DNA from: Eledone cirrhosa
Lineage: Eukaryota
Assembly (NCBI GenBank): GCA_964016885.1
Contig: OZ024740.1
Coordinates: 165,974,001-166,038,000, forward strand
Reading direction: 5' to 3'
Length of the DNA stretch: 64,000 nt
A model generated the notes under the pieces. It made no database searches. It had not been told where the DNA came from and saw only the letters and a program-made list of their open reading frames with translations. A program made the position numbers and the translations under genes. Each line of letters opens with the position of its first letter. The first letter of the stretch is position 1. This document shows positions 43,950-59,320 of this stretch, piece by piece.

Positions 43950-45350
43950 TGTGTGTAGATATATGGCAGATATTTAATTTGAATTTAACACAATGCTAAA
44001 ACCTTCAGGTTCCCTTGGAATACACCGGTTTTACAGAAGACTTATACTGTTTTGTTGAAAGCAAATAAAGCTATCTTTCTTATAGGCATTACTACAGGAG
44101 ATTATTTCTGTATTTTATGCTAATGGAACACTATTTTATAACACCTCTGCAGTTTCTCTTGCTTCTACAATATGTAGACGCAAGTTATCCCTTCTGTACA
44201 GTTTGTAGGTGTTAGTTAGTTTGGAATTTTATAAACATTTCTGCCGACGGAGAAGTTTTCTCGAATTTAACGCTGAGGGCCGAAACACTTGCTTTTTCTT
44301 TACTAAAGACCTTCTGTTGTCCAGCTCTCTTGAGAGTTACTTACCCCTGATTGTGGCTGAACTGAAACATTTCAGTGTAGAACGACATGGTTACGGATAC
44401 CAGCGGATACAACCTATTTGTGGTGAGTTGATACAAATCACTAACATCATGGCTTTTCTTCTGATATATTATCGAATCGAACGGAGTAGACAAGATTGAA
44501 AATCTGTGAATGTGAACGGTATAGCAACAGGCAAATGGTAATGATAAAATAGACATTTCCTTTTAGTAAGTATGATGATTGAACGAAATCATACATATGA
44601 AAAACTCGTGGTTCTTCGAGTGTCATTAAGTGGAACGCATGTTTTATTTTTTTAGCTCGGAATCGATCGAATCCAGTTCGTGTGTTTGATTTGTCCAAGT
44701 TTACTTTTAATATAACTGAAAATGCTCATATAATAGCGTTTATTTTGAAGACTATATAGGAACAAACACTCTATATTTAACAGATATATATAAGGCTTAC
44801 TCTATCATGAAATATCTGTAGTGTTCTTAGATAAGCACAGCAACAAATTGACATGCGGTCTTGAACTGAAAGGTAACTGACAATTCAACGCATGGCACTC
44901 CACAGACAGAAGGTTGGAATTAAAGAAAAATAAAAAGTTTTATAGATAGCGTATAATCGCTTGAGTTAATTTTAATATATGATGAACATTATAAAGATCA
45001 CACAAACATACATACATATTAAATTAGTCTGAAAAATGTCAGCCTATGTATAAATAAGAGCAGTAATTTATGAAAATATAAATATAATTCTTATGTTTTT
45101 ATACCCATATAAAAATATGCATACTTATAAAATATCTCTGTATAATAAATCATATAAAAAAGTTGCATAAAAACAAAATGCGTTACGAATGTATTTTCAC
45201 TTTGTCATGAGTGACTTACAGTTTGCATATGTAGAGCTAACAACATCAATCATCTCTACGAAAGCTGGGTAGAATTTATATATATATATATATATATATA
45301 TGGGTGTTTGCGTGAGGTGTATATATGTATATGTATATATGTATATATAT

Positions 45351-45426
<76 letters not shown>

Positions 45427-45430
45427 GTAT

Positions 45431-45844
45431 CCGGGAGAGCTGACCCTTTAGCCTTTGTCAAGGCAGAATTATAGAAGGAAAACTCTGATATAACACCTGC
45501 AACCCTGATGGTATCCAATTATGTTGACTTGTTCTTCTTTTTGGTAAATATCATCTTGGTAAAGAGAGTGGGACTGGCTTTGTGCAGTGCCTTTGCTCAC
45601 TATAAAAGCTTCACGGCACAGGCATTGCTTATATCTGGAGATTTCTCTGCACTTGTCGTCACATGGTACCATGGGCCCAGCACTATGTGTCAATAATTGT
45701 CACAAGTGTAGTGTTTGTACCAGAGTTTTCAAGTCGCTGGCTGGACTAAAATGTCACTCACACACGTTCAGCGCATCGGTAGGGGTTCTCCTACATGGAT
45801 ATAAAATAGTGGCCGTACTCGAAAACGAGTTGGCAGCCACCATG

Positions 45845-45847
<3 letters not shown>
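45431..45847 (+). mobile_element. Family B short retroposon, 5'-truncated
   Basis: High identity to 51070-51485; encodes CHKCSVCTRVFKSLAGLKCHSH; (ATGT)n flanks. Confidence 0.75.
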
Positions 45848-45896
<49 letters not shown>

Positions 45897-46636
45897 AATA
45901 TATATATATATATATTTATATATATATGTGTGTATGTATATATCTTTGTGTATAATTCTTTGAGCAGTAGGTGGTGAAATATTGACACTAGATTGCTTGT
46001 GCGCCAACATTGTGTACGTTATAATATCTAATTTACAGAAGAAATTGCTCCCATCTTTCGTTCTTTCCATTGCTCCAATCCCTTGCCATGTCCCCTATTT
46101 GTTAATCCTTCTACGCTTTATTTATCGCTGGTTTATTTGTGTAGTCGTCAACTGAGCACGCCCGGGTGATCAACAGCTTTTCAATTTTGATCAACAAGAT
46201 TTCCACGTGGGCATTATTCAATGTATATTATTATTTCCGAAAAGATATGTTATATAATTTCAGGGATCCTTTTATTCCAATAAATTCATATACCACTATA
46301 GTCCGTTTTTTATCTAGTTTTATCCTATACTTGTTATGTAGCGTCACTCGGTTTAACCCCACCACATGGTCCTTGGATATCGCAAATGAGTCCACTCTCT
46401 CATAAACATTCGTGCCACGTTTTCAGCTTGAAAATGCCTTCCACATAATCTGTCTTGCAGGCCCTAAAAATGATCATATGTGCTACTGCTCTTCACCCTG
46501 ACGAAACTGTAACAACATATAAAATACAACTCTCTTTTGAGACTCTCGTCACAAATAAGGACTAAAATTGCTCTCTATAAGATTTAACAATTTAAGTAAG
46601 GGTTTTCTCTGCACAAACCAAAACCTTAGATGTTAT

Positions 46637-47050
46637 TGTTCAACTCCCGCCGAGGTTAACTTTGTCTTTCATCCTTACGGGGTCGATATATTAAATAACC
46701 AGTAATGCACTGGGATAATGCAGGCCTTGTGCCAAAAGTAGAAACAATTATTATATAGAAATTAAAAAGCTGGAGCAAATCCCACATTGTATTTAATCCT
46801 GCATTTTCATAATTCTCGATGGATTGTCAATGTCGGTAGAGTGTCGGACAACATAGTTTGTGGCATTAAGTTACGAACATTTACGTTCTGAATTCAAATC
46901 CCCCTGATGTCATATTTGCCTCTCGTCCTTACGGGGTCGATAAAATAAAGCACCAGTAATAGAATGGAGTCGATTTTATCGACTGTCTCCTCAGCCACCC
47001 CAAATAAGAAATTGCTGTCCTTGTGCCTATAGTGGAAATCATTATTATAA
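46637..47050 (+). mobile_element. Two family A SINEs in tandem
   Basis: Copies at ~46637-46755 and ~46815-47050, both ending ccttgtgcc...gaaa(c/t)..attattat. Confidence 0.8.
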
Positions 47051-48263
47051 TACAGATATTAGTTTGTACTCTCTATTGCCTTACCAATTTGTTAAATCAT
47101 CAGAACTATTGTATCTTTCCCTTCGTCCTTGCCATCTCTCACATTTATCCCTCGTAAGTGCCTAAGGCTACCCGTCAATATGTAACTTTGAATTTAAAAT
47201 AAATACTCAATTTGTGTATATGTGTACGTGTGCGCATGTGCATATGCATTTCTGTATATAGGGATGTATACACCAGTGAGTGTGTTTGTATGTAGTGATG
47301 CCAATGCAAATGACTATCTTAATAGTCAATTACTTTGAAGACAGCTGAGAGCAAGTGCGATAGAGGAAATATTAATCTCAGCATTGGACTTGTACTTTAT
47401 TTGTCGACATTGAATCGATAGAATGTAAGGTTAAAATCAGCGGGATTTCAAAACAAGTATCGAAATACACGCCACAAATATTCTGTAAGATGTTCCAACA
47501 ATCCAATTAGCCGCCTTTGCAAAAATATATTCCGTATAATATCCACCAAAGAAATCTTTGGATAGTAATTATTTATTACTGGAGAGAAATTTCAAAGCGA
47601 AAGTTAGTTTTAATGCCTTAGTTAGTGCTTTTAAAACTGATATCCATTGAATTAATTGAGGTACAATAAATCACATTACACTAGATTGAACCTACGATTA
47701 ATCATATTTTATCTTATGGTCGGACGTTATTATATCCGTTTGTAGCCTCTTTGTTTAATAAAGTCTAATCGACGTTCTATCATAAAGATGTTTAGTATTC
47801 ATCATAGCATATATTATAAAAGTAGGCCATGATTTCATTTTCCTTTATTCATCATTTTAATACAGTTCTGTTTTTTCTTTTAATATTTTCCATTCGTAGC
47901 TTTCTTTAATCATTCATGCTTTCTTTTTTTTTTTTTTTGAGGGAAAATGAAAATATCAAGCTGAATGTATATATGGATAATTGTAGATATGTAATTAGTA
48001 CTGTAGCTTCTTCTTGCTTCCATACCGAAACCCTAGCCGGGCGTTACCATGCGGCTTGATGACTGGTTCAAAATTTCATAGCAGTACCTATGTATGTTTA
48101 TTAAATAGGAATTTATTGTATATACTTTAACATACGTTTCTATCATAGATCAGGCTATGTCGGTGCTACGGCAACACACACACACACACACGCACACACA
48201 TGTATTTTATATATACATACATACACATCATATATATATATATATACGCATATATATATATAC

Positions 48264-48325
<62 letters not shown>

Positions 48326-48587
48326 GTGAGGGTTTTTTTACAAAATGAAAAATAACCGAGGTATCCTACACGAGTGACAGTATAAAGAAAAAGAGATGAA
48401 ATCGAAAATGCAACTGGAGTCTTATTTTAAAAAAATATATATATATTTATATGGTTCCTTTACCGGTTTCGCAGTTCTTCTGCTTTTCAAAAGTAGAGTT
48501 GAGATGGAGGGTCTGTGGTTTTCTCAGATCTGAAAAAAACAACAGACCCATGTATATATATATATACATATATATAGAGAGAGACAA

Positions 48588-48774
48588 GAGTAGGACCCCG
48601 ACGGCTGAGCTCAAGCCGTTTCGACGGCTAATTCTGTAATCCAGAATTAGCCGTCGAAACGGCTGGAGCTCAGCCGTCGGGGTCCTACTCGTTCCTATTA
48701 CCCACTCTACTACCCTAAGTATTGAGTACTTTGGTGCGTTATGGTTCATCTGGTTCCTTACCATATTTCCTTCG

Positions 48775-48778
<4 letters not shown>
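48588..48778. repeat. Family C small repeat beside (TA)n (other copies 13104-13213, 43811-43912; partial 15870-15935)
   Basis: Shared blocks ccgtcgaaacggct..gagctcagcc.tcggggtcctactcgttccta and aacgaaggaaatgtggtaaggaaccagatg, in differing relative orientation between copies. Confidence 0.8.
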
Positions 48779-48827
<49 letters not shown>

Positions 48828-49251
48828 ATTTATTATCTTGGTCGTTTTGGAACGCTTAACAATGCAGCTGGGTAATTCTCCGGGTAACAGGATCCGGTGG
48901 TGAAGATGTAAGGCAATGAAGAATGAGATGTATAGTGTGTAGAGGAACGTAGGAAAGAGCGTAAAAAATAAAATATAACAACATGAGATAGAGTTACCTT
49001 GGGAGAGATTTAATTGTCCCTATATTTCGGACTCGCATCCATTAACTGGGAGGAGTCCGGGGGGGGGGGGGTTATCTGTCGCAGAGGAACGGTATGTGTC
49101 CACTGGTGTTCGCTGTTCGAACAGCGAACAGCAGAGGACACGTACCGTTCCTCTCTGACAGATAACCTCCCCACCTCCCCGGAAAACCATCCAGTTGATG
49201 GATGTGAATCCGAAATATATTAATTTAATGCTTGAAATAGTAGGAACAGAG

Positions 49252-49287
49252 TCTTAACGATTCGGACACTAGTCCTTCATCAGAAGA
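49252..49287 (-). ncRNA. Minimal Penelope-type hammerhead motif (A15.1 mutated)
   Basis: tctt CUGAUGA a-ggac-tagt-gtcc GAA(t)cg UU/aaga. Confidence 0.65.
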
Positions 49288-50886
49288 TAGAGTTAGAATG
49301 GAAAATAAATAGAAAATAAATAAAAGATAAAGAGTCAGAAGAGGAGGGAACAGAGAAAAATGAGGGGGGAAATGGGGGTAAAACACACGCGTGCCATCAG
49401 ATATATGCGTTTGTCAATGCATATGTATATACCAGTCTAAACATCGTTTGAGTAATTATTTCTACTTCAGGTTTGCTAATAATAGTCAACTCTCTCAGTT
49501 GTCATGATTCATGCAAATGGAGCTTTGAATTATATTTGCTTAACTCTTTTCTGTTTAAATTATTTCAATTAGTCAAAATATATTTCTAATAATGTATTCA
49601 AATGTTTTTGTACATGCTAACTGTATTATGCTAATGAGGTCAATGTTTTGACCGGTACGAAAGTCTCCATATCTGCCCTTCACCGCCACACGTTCTCTTA
49701 AGAGTGATGGTTGAAACCATGAATTAATGCTTAATTCATTCAAAGTCTATCCTGTTCTAATTCGAAATGGCTAACAATTGACAATTACTTGGATATGTAT
49801 ATTTATATGGGCGTGGGCAGGGATAGGGGGTTGTATACATAAACATGTGTGTGTTTGTGTGTATGTGTAAACAAGTGAAAGGGAGATTAATTCATGTTGG
49901 AATCGTAGAGACGGGCGTTTCATATTTGGCGGGTGCCATCCTTGTCCTGAACTTTTACAAAGTCACGTCTGTATTTTCAACTTGAAGTTGAATATCTGTT
50001 TAAAACCCCAGTTCGAGTGTTTCCGAGGCGGGAGAATTACTTGACGTTTCAAAGCTACAGAATTACTACTACTTCATTGTGGCAGCAAACACACGAAGTT
50101 GAGCTGCTGGATTCCAGCATGGTGTATACGGGAGAAAATCTCTTATTTTTTTCCCTGTGCTATTTTACTGGACAATACCCACTGAAGATCCTTGGCCGGT
50201 ACCGTGTGTAAGAATTGACTGTTGTAATATACACGTTTTTGGATAATTATTACTAGCAGTCCGGCTTTTGGGGAAAATTAGGTAATGATCGACTTTTTCT
50301 TTAGTCTTTTTACCGACTGGCCAAATTATCAATTGCGATCCTGCCAAATCAATGAATGGCAGTAGTTCCAGCTGTACGCATCGAAAGATTGGTGTAGTGG
50401 TTCTGAGAACAATGCGGCTTTGCAGATGATCAATGCAAATTGACAATGGAAAGGCGCTCCCACTCGAGTTAGAAAATAACTCTTGACCTTCGGGAGAAGA
50501 TTGTATTCAGCAACCGAAACAAATATGAAGTACACCAAATCCAATGCTCCTCGGGGCGGCCCTGGTTCTTCTTATTTGCGAGTGTAAACTCGGACAGATT
50601 AGATTAATTTTAGCTGGATTACATTTTCTTGATGACCATAATTAATTTGTAGGATATATCTATAAGTTTGATGTAATGGGAGGATTTTATGATCAGTGGG
50701 TCACTGATCATGTTGAACTAATGTCGATTACCCTGATGAATTTGTTCAATTTTTGCGTATTCCGTAAAGATATACTCTGCTACTCTGTAACTGTTTAAAG
50801 TTTGTTGAACAGTGATTTGGCACAATGTTACAGTATCATACATTGGCTGAAGCACTTCGTAGTATTATGATTTCGTCAACTTATTG

Positions 50887-50917
<31 letters not shown>

Positions 50918-50930
50918 TGTATGTATGTAT

Positions 50931-51485
50931 GTCTCATGGACGGGTCGTTGGCGACTACCCCACCAAGGTTTCTTGATGAGGAGGGTGACTTTGGACATCC
51001 TGCAGGACTAAAAACAAAACCTGTCAAAGATCAAAGGAGCTCTTAAGAGTCAATGGCCATCCAAAATCACCGGGAGAGATGACCCATTAGCCTTTGTCAA
51101 GGCATAATTCTGGGAGAAGGAAAACTCTGATATAACACCTGCAACCCTGATGGAATCCGATGATGTTGACTAGTTCTTCTTTTTGGTAAATATCACCTTT
51201 GTTAAGAGAGTGGGACTGGCTTTGTGCAGTGCCTTTGCTCACTATAAAAGCTTCACGACACAGGTATTGCTTTATATCTGGAGATCTCTCTGCACTTGTC
51301 GTCACATGGTACCATGGACCCAGCACTATGTGTCAATAATTGTCACAAGTGTAGTGTTTGTACCAGAGTTTTCAAGTCGCTGGTGGGACTAAAAAGTCAA
51401 ACTCGTTCAGCGCATCGGTAGAGGTTCTCCTACATGGATATAAAGTAGTGGCCGTACTCTAAAACACGTTTGCAGCCACCATGTA
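50931..51485 (+). mobile_element. Family B short retroposon (RTE-derived), longest copy
   Basis: Flanked by (ATGT)n and shares sequence with 45431-45847 and 34860-35068. Carries a C2H2-like remnant HKCSVCTRVF, typical of RTE ORF C-termini. Confidence 0.7.
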
Positions 51486-51948
51486 TGTATGTTCTTCTAG
51501 TTTTAGAATGTTATATATGTTTACCAACAGAGAGAGATAGTTGGTTTCTAACAGAGATACAATACTCTCTCAATAGGATTTACACAAGATCAACTAGGTA
51601 GATATGTATGCATGTCTGCATAAATGCATGTGTATGCAGGTATGGACGTTATTGTATGTGTGGATATGTATGTTTTGAGTTATATGTGTGCATGTGCACA
51701 TGTTTTGCATCTGTACATGTGCACATGTAGTATTATGTATGTGCATTTGTATGTATGTATTATATTTATGAGTGTGTGTGTGCGTTTGTTTCGTATGTAT
51801 ATGTGTATAACATCTCATACGAATACTGATGGCGTCTCTAGACGTATCAGTGCACATGCGTATACTCTATTTATGTATGACCACGCTTTTAGCTACATGT
51901 TACGACAGGAGATATGCTTTCGTAACTGAATATATATATATATGTAAG

Positions 51949-52015
<67 letters not shown>

Positions 52016-52037
52016 GCATATACATACATACACACAC

Positions 52038-52117
<80 letters not shown>

Positions 52118-52414
52118 TTGTATACGTAGACGTGTATTCACAGTACAATATACACGAAAACTTGGCTATTTTTTACGTTCATTATTTCAATAATTTCCTT
52201 CACCATATTCAATTTCCCTTTTAACGAAGAAGTTCACACCAGTTTCCCTTCATCAATCATCATTTTCATGTCTTTCTCGCTGTTTAGATTTGGACCCGGG
52301 TACGAGAGCAACAATTTGGAGGAAATGAGGTGAGATACCCATATCCATATATAAATGTGTTTCTACGTGCGTATGTAATGCGTATTCATATGTATCTATG
52401 GAATATATATATAC

Positions 52415-52456
<42 letters not shown>

Positions 52457-53077
52457 ATATATATGTGTCTGTGTGTGTGCACATGAAATAGATATTTTTC
52501 TGTGGGATGCTTCAGTCAACACTTCACCAACACACCCCAACCATCACGCTTGTAGCACATTCTTCATTGTCATTATTATTATTATTATTATTATTGGTGT
52601 CTTTATATTTTCCCCAGAGAAATGTTGTCTCTCATGATGACATATGTATTAGCAAACGCCTTTTTGTTGCTTATTTGAGTAAAACATGATTTGTTAGTTG
52701 TGTTGTAAACGCAATCCTTTGCACCAGTCTTTATGTGAAGTAGCATGTAATGGAATATAGACACATATCGATTCAATAATGTAATTTTCATGGTTGCAGA
52801 TATTATTTGCAGGATATTTAACATGGCAAAATTTGTTATTACTGTGTGCATGCTTCAAACTTTTATTTTCTTATAAAATATTATCTGCGTCTATATATAT
52901 ATATATATATATAGGTGTGTGTATGCATATATATGTGTGTGTGTGTTTACATACAATAGTAATAATAAATACAAAGACCAAAATCCAATGAGGACTCTAT
53001 AAAGATTTATATAAGTATATATAAATCCGTAGAGCAAATACACACACACACAATTACACACACACACGCACACACAC

Positions 53078-53146
<69 letters not shown>

Positions 53147-53704
53147 CATGTATGTATATATATGTATATATATATATATTAAGAATGTTGAGAAGTAACA
53201 CACGAGTTGATATAAATTAGGAAAATAAGAAGAGTAGAAAATGCTAAAGGGATTTCCTCATAGAACGACAGCAAAACATTTATTTTAAAAAAGCAATTAA
53301 TCGTACCGGTTTCAGCTAATAGTTGTTTAGGATTCCTCATGTTACAGGAAATATGATTAAAAGTGTATAATAAAATTAAGATGTATATTAATAAAAATAG
53401 GGTATACGAGAACATAGTTTACATACATATAAAAGAGTTCACATTTTCGTTTATCTCCCCCCTCTCTTTCTCTCTCTCTTTCTCTCTCTCTCACTCTCTC
53501 TCTCTCTCTCTCTCTTTCCTCCTTGGTGGTAAAGAATAGAAGTTAGTTTGTTCCTTGTTATTGTCTGAGTCAGAATTCTTAAATAAGTGTTTTGCTGTTA
53601 TTCTATGAGAACATCCCATTAGAATTTTCTAACGTTTTTTCTTTCTTTTCTAATACACACACACACACACACACACACACCCACACACACACACATACAC
53701 ACAC

Positions 53705-53738
<34 letters not shown>

Positions 53739-55846
53739 CTGTTTAAGTGTGTGTGTGTATGTGTGTATACTTATATATATATATACTTATATATACGCTT
53801 AGTGATGTCGCTGTACGCATTTGTGTTTGATTGTATACTTACATGTTTCTGTATTCAAAAATTTCTTGTTTCATGAAAATAAGGATCTCAATTTCAGTAT
53901 AAAACTACCCACAGCACTGGACGAATCATAAGCTCAAAATATGTCGTTTGTGGATATTTTCGTCACAGGGGAACCGAAATTAAATCTCATTTTGGTGAAA
54001 TTTGAATAGATAAACTTGAAAGAAAAATGACGTCAGTAGTTATTTCCATGTATCTATTATTTCTACGAAAAGATAATTCTCTGTCAAATTCATCATTATG
54101 ATTAATGATTCTGTACACCAACTCTTCTTGTTATTCATCATTTATTAAAAAAACTGGTTTCTCCTCAAAATCCACTTGTTCCCTTACTCCAGTTTTCACC
54201 TACGGTTTATGTATAATTGATTTAACTATTGCGACTGTACCTACCTGTTTGCCTCATGGATTGTATTTACGACATTAACTAGGTTTGCATATTATGTTGT
54301 CTTTATTTTCCAACATGCTCTATCTCATTGACTTCTACCATATTTACTTGTCTATCAAGTAAAACAACTTTTAGCGATATTTTTGTTTTTATAGATGTGA
54401 TAGAGATAGGTTTTATTTAGAATATCATTTATAAGCCTTCATAGTTTCTTCGTGATTGGTGGCACTTAGCGATCTGCAGTTCGTTATATAAATAACTGAT
54501 TCATGTACAGAATGTGTGTGTCTAACATTAAGTCAAGGATACGCCTGTATATATTTTTCTGCTTCAAAGTGTACCTAATATATTCTGCCTCTTTGTGTTT
54601 TCATGAATTACAAAATGCATATGTATTAAGTAACATTGCTCATTTCTTAAAATCTTGCTAGGCGGCTGTTCTTAAGCTAATTCGGAACTAATTTGTAAAA
54701 GGGAGCATCATTACAAATTCATATTTGCAGATCAATTAATTTTCTTTTTAAAATAACAAATTTACTCGAAAACAAACGGACATATGAATTTTGATTTACA
54801 CACATGTATTCGGTTTTAAAGGTACAACAATGTTTTTCATTGCAAAATCTATTTGAAATCTTAGAATATGGCATAGCTAGCCTTATAAATGTTAAAATTG
54901 TAATTTGAATTTTTCATTCTTGACATTTCTGGATTGCGAACTTTCAATAATTTACTGTAATTCAAAATAAAACTAGTATTACTGTTAACAGAAATGAAAA
55001 AAAAAAAAAAAAATGTATCTTTCAGTTTGAAGAGACAACTGTGTCGTTCTTTATATATCAAGTCTAGTTTCAGAAAAATAAATTTTGGATATAGGCAATA
55101 TGAATTTTCAGATATGTAGTTAGTGAATCTATTCAAATATTTTATGTTCGTTCATTAAAGTATCTGGCAATAAAACTATACTTTCCCAACAATGTACGTA
55201 TTTATAAGAGCATTGTTTTGTATATTTATGTGTATATGCGTTCATAAACATACTTGTGAATATGTGTGTATGAAGAAGCGTGTATGTATAAGTGTGCATT
55301 ATTATGCATTTAAAATCTTCTTTTCGTCATAAAATGTCTTACTGCCGTTATCTAGATGAAAATAATCAATAGAAATGATGAATAACTATCAGAATGTTGT
55401 GATGACTATTCATAAATGTGACAGCCTTTCTGATTATATTTTATTTTGTAAATTTAGTGACAACCATATGACTGAAAGAAATTGTATGGTTAAGTTGACA
55501 ATTTCAATATGACAGACTCTCCGATCAATATTTGCTTTACAAAGTATTCCTTAAGAGAACGGCCATACAAAATATTAATAAAAATAAAAATAATATATAT
55601 AAATAATATATAAAAATAAGATATATATATATATACATACATATATGTACTTCTTTAGGTTTGTTGGTTCACCACTGGATAGAATTGGTCATTCCGTATG
55701 GTCAATCTTGGTGTAATATTGTGGAGAGTACTCAGCGTACTGCAGTTCACCCGTCTTCGTTTGTGTAGTTGGTGGTGCGAATACGGAGTTAATTATAAAT
55801 AAAATAACAGGAGGCTGGACTGGTGTAAATCCTTGAAAGGTTTATT

Positions 55847-55904
55847 ATACTATGATCATTTCAGTGACCGGGTTCCATATGAATCCGGTGATATCATCAG
55901 GTAT
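55847..55904 (-). ncRNA. Penelope-type hammerhead motif
   Basis: atac CUGAUGA tatc-accggattc-atatg-gaacccggt-cact GAAA tgatca UA/gtat, followed by AATAAA. The base of stem II is imperfect. Confidence 0.65.
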
Positions 55905-57204
55905 TCGAAATATAACAAAGGAATATGTAAAAACCATGGGTCCGAAAAATCAGAGACAGAGAGGACGACTGACCAACTAGCTGCTTTCACCTCGGCCAGT
56001 CGCCCTCAAAGTGATGGCTACTCGGTCTGCTAATGACTATCTGGTGAGGGGGCGAAGGCTTATAATGTACCACCACCTCTCCGTCAAAGAATAAAAAAGG
56101 GGAAGAAAAAAGAAAGATGTCAGCGTAAGGGTCACATTACAATCATGCTAGAAAACGCCGCGAAAAATGTTATTCCAAAGAATCTATATTTTAACAAAGG
56201 CATACATAATGGGTGTCTGTATGGTCTGATGTGTGAACACAAAATTGGAACGTTAAACTTATGTTACGAGTTATAGGATGAAATTAAATTCAAAAATAAT
56301 AAGTTGAAAAATAAAAAAAAAACTTAAAAATTTAAAAATTATTAGAAATTTAAAGGGTAAGGAAGCGAGATTTATTTAATGAACTTACAGAGAGAGACTT
56401 ATATGAACAAATTAATCTCGATAAGATATCAGGGTGGGATATAGAGTAAAGATAAAAGCCTTCGATTGGGAATCCCAGCCAGCACGTCCTAGCCACGTGT
56501 CAGCCAGTTTCGAGTGGTATCGTCCAGCGAAAGAAATGGAAATTAATTTTTCCGCGTACTCTAGGAACATAGCTACCTTAGGCACCGGGAGTGCTAGCGG
56601 GATGTCTACAATTTCGACAGACCATCGACTATACCAAACGAATACTATTAATTCACACATGAGTGATTTATTTACGTGCCACTAGAGGCATGATACAGCT
56701 AACAGTTATGCCTAAGCCTGGAGTTATATAGGTATATAGGTATAAGTATAATATTGCGGTCAAAACAGGTGGCGCGGCGGGCCCGGGAAAAAGCCAACCG
56801 CACCGAGTAATTTCGTTTACCGAAAGAGGGGAAATTTATTTTTCCGAGCACTCAAGGAAGGCTGAACTTACCGAGCTCCCAGCGCGCAGCAGGGAAAAGC
56901 CACCACATCAGCCGAAGGTAGCAAAACCCAATGAAAAGTGCAAATAGGCTATAATTATTTTAAAGTCCCAGTTAGTCCGGGTTATAAGTAGTGAGGTTCT
57001 TTGGTGGGTAGGGCTATGAAAGGTGCATAATGACCTGAGTAAGGAAAGTTACAAATAAATAAAATCAGGATACAACGATAAAGAATACATTGAAAAAATA
57101 GATTAATAAATTAATAAAAGTTAAAAGTAAAATACATAAATAAAACGCATTCATAGCTAGGCTAGTGATGTAGTAAGGCGGAAGTATAGAAGAACATATC
57201 GGAG

Positions 57205-57259
<55 letters not shown>

Positions 57260-57590
57260 TATCAAGCCCTCTTTGGATTTTAGTCTTCAAATTTATTATT
57301 ATTACTATATATATATATATATATATAAATGGAAAAAAAATGAAACGAAATTTCATTTCTAACACTTAGTAAGGCTGTTACTTAAATATAAATATGTATA
57401 CGTACATACATATATGTATACAGACGTACAGTACTATGTATATATATACATGCACACATATATATATGTACGTATGGATTTACCGAACATTTATTATAAT
57501 GATCGGTTTGTTTGTAAACAAAGAACCCGAATTAAGCCGTACAGTGTTTAGCAACCATCGTTGCCCTCTTGTACAACACTGACAAAGGAA

Positions 57591-57631
57591 CGATATACTA
57601 GTTTCAAGTTTATTAGCTATCGTCAGCACCG
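57591..57631 (-). ncRNA. Minimal Penelope-type hammerhead motif
   Basis: cggtg CUGACGA tagctaataaactt GAAA ctag UA/tatcg. Palindromic stem III; stem I with two G-U pairs; weak stem II. Confidence 0.6.
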
Positions 57632-57959
57632 TATACCTTCCAGCCAGATGATTGAACGTCTGAAAGTATATACTTTCCTTATGCATATTACCGGCTGAGC
57701 AGACTAATTTGTATATTGAGTGAGTTAGTCGGCGGGGCGCACCAAATACGATAAATGGAAAAAATGAAACAAAATTTCATTTCTCACTCTTAGTACGGCT
57801 GATATCTAAATATAAGTATGTATACGTACATACATATATGTGTACAGACGTACAGTAGTATGTATATATACATACATGCACACATATATATTTACGTATG
57901 GGTTTACCGAACATTTATTATAATGTTCGGTTTTTTTGTAGACCAACTGTACGTCTGTA

Positions 57960-59320
<1,361 letters not shown>

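Noticed and set aside
43990-44940. Possible highly decayed Penelope RT (similar hints at 540-1200 and 49930-50900)
   Set aside because: Only faint motif echoes across broken frames; needs tBLASTn/HMM confirmation.
49471-49510. Candidate third host exon after ttcag (similar sites at 55659 and 60055)
   Set aside because: No Ig motif, and stops appear early.
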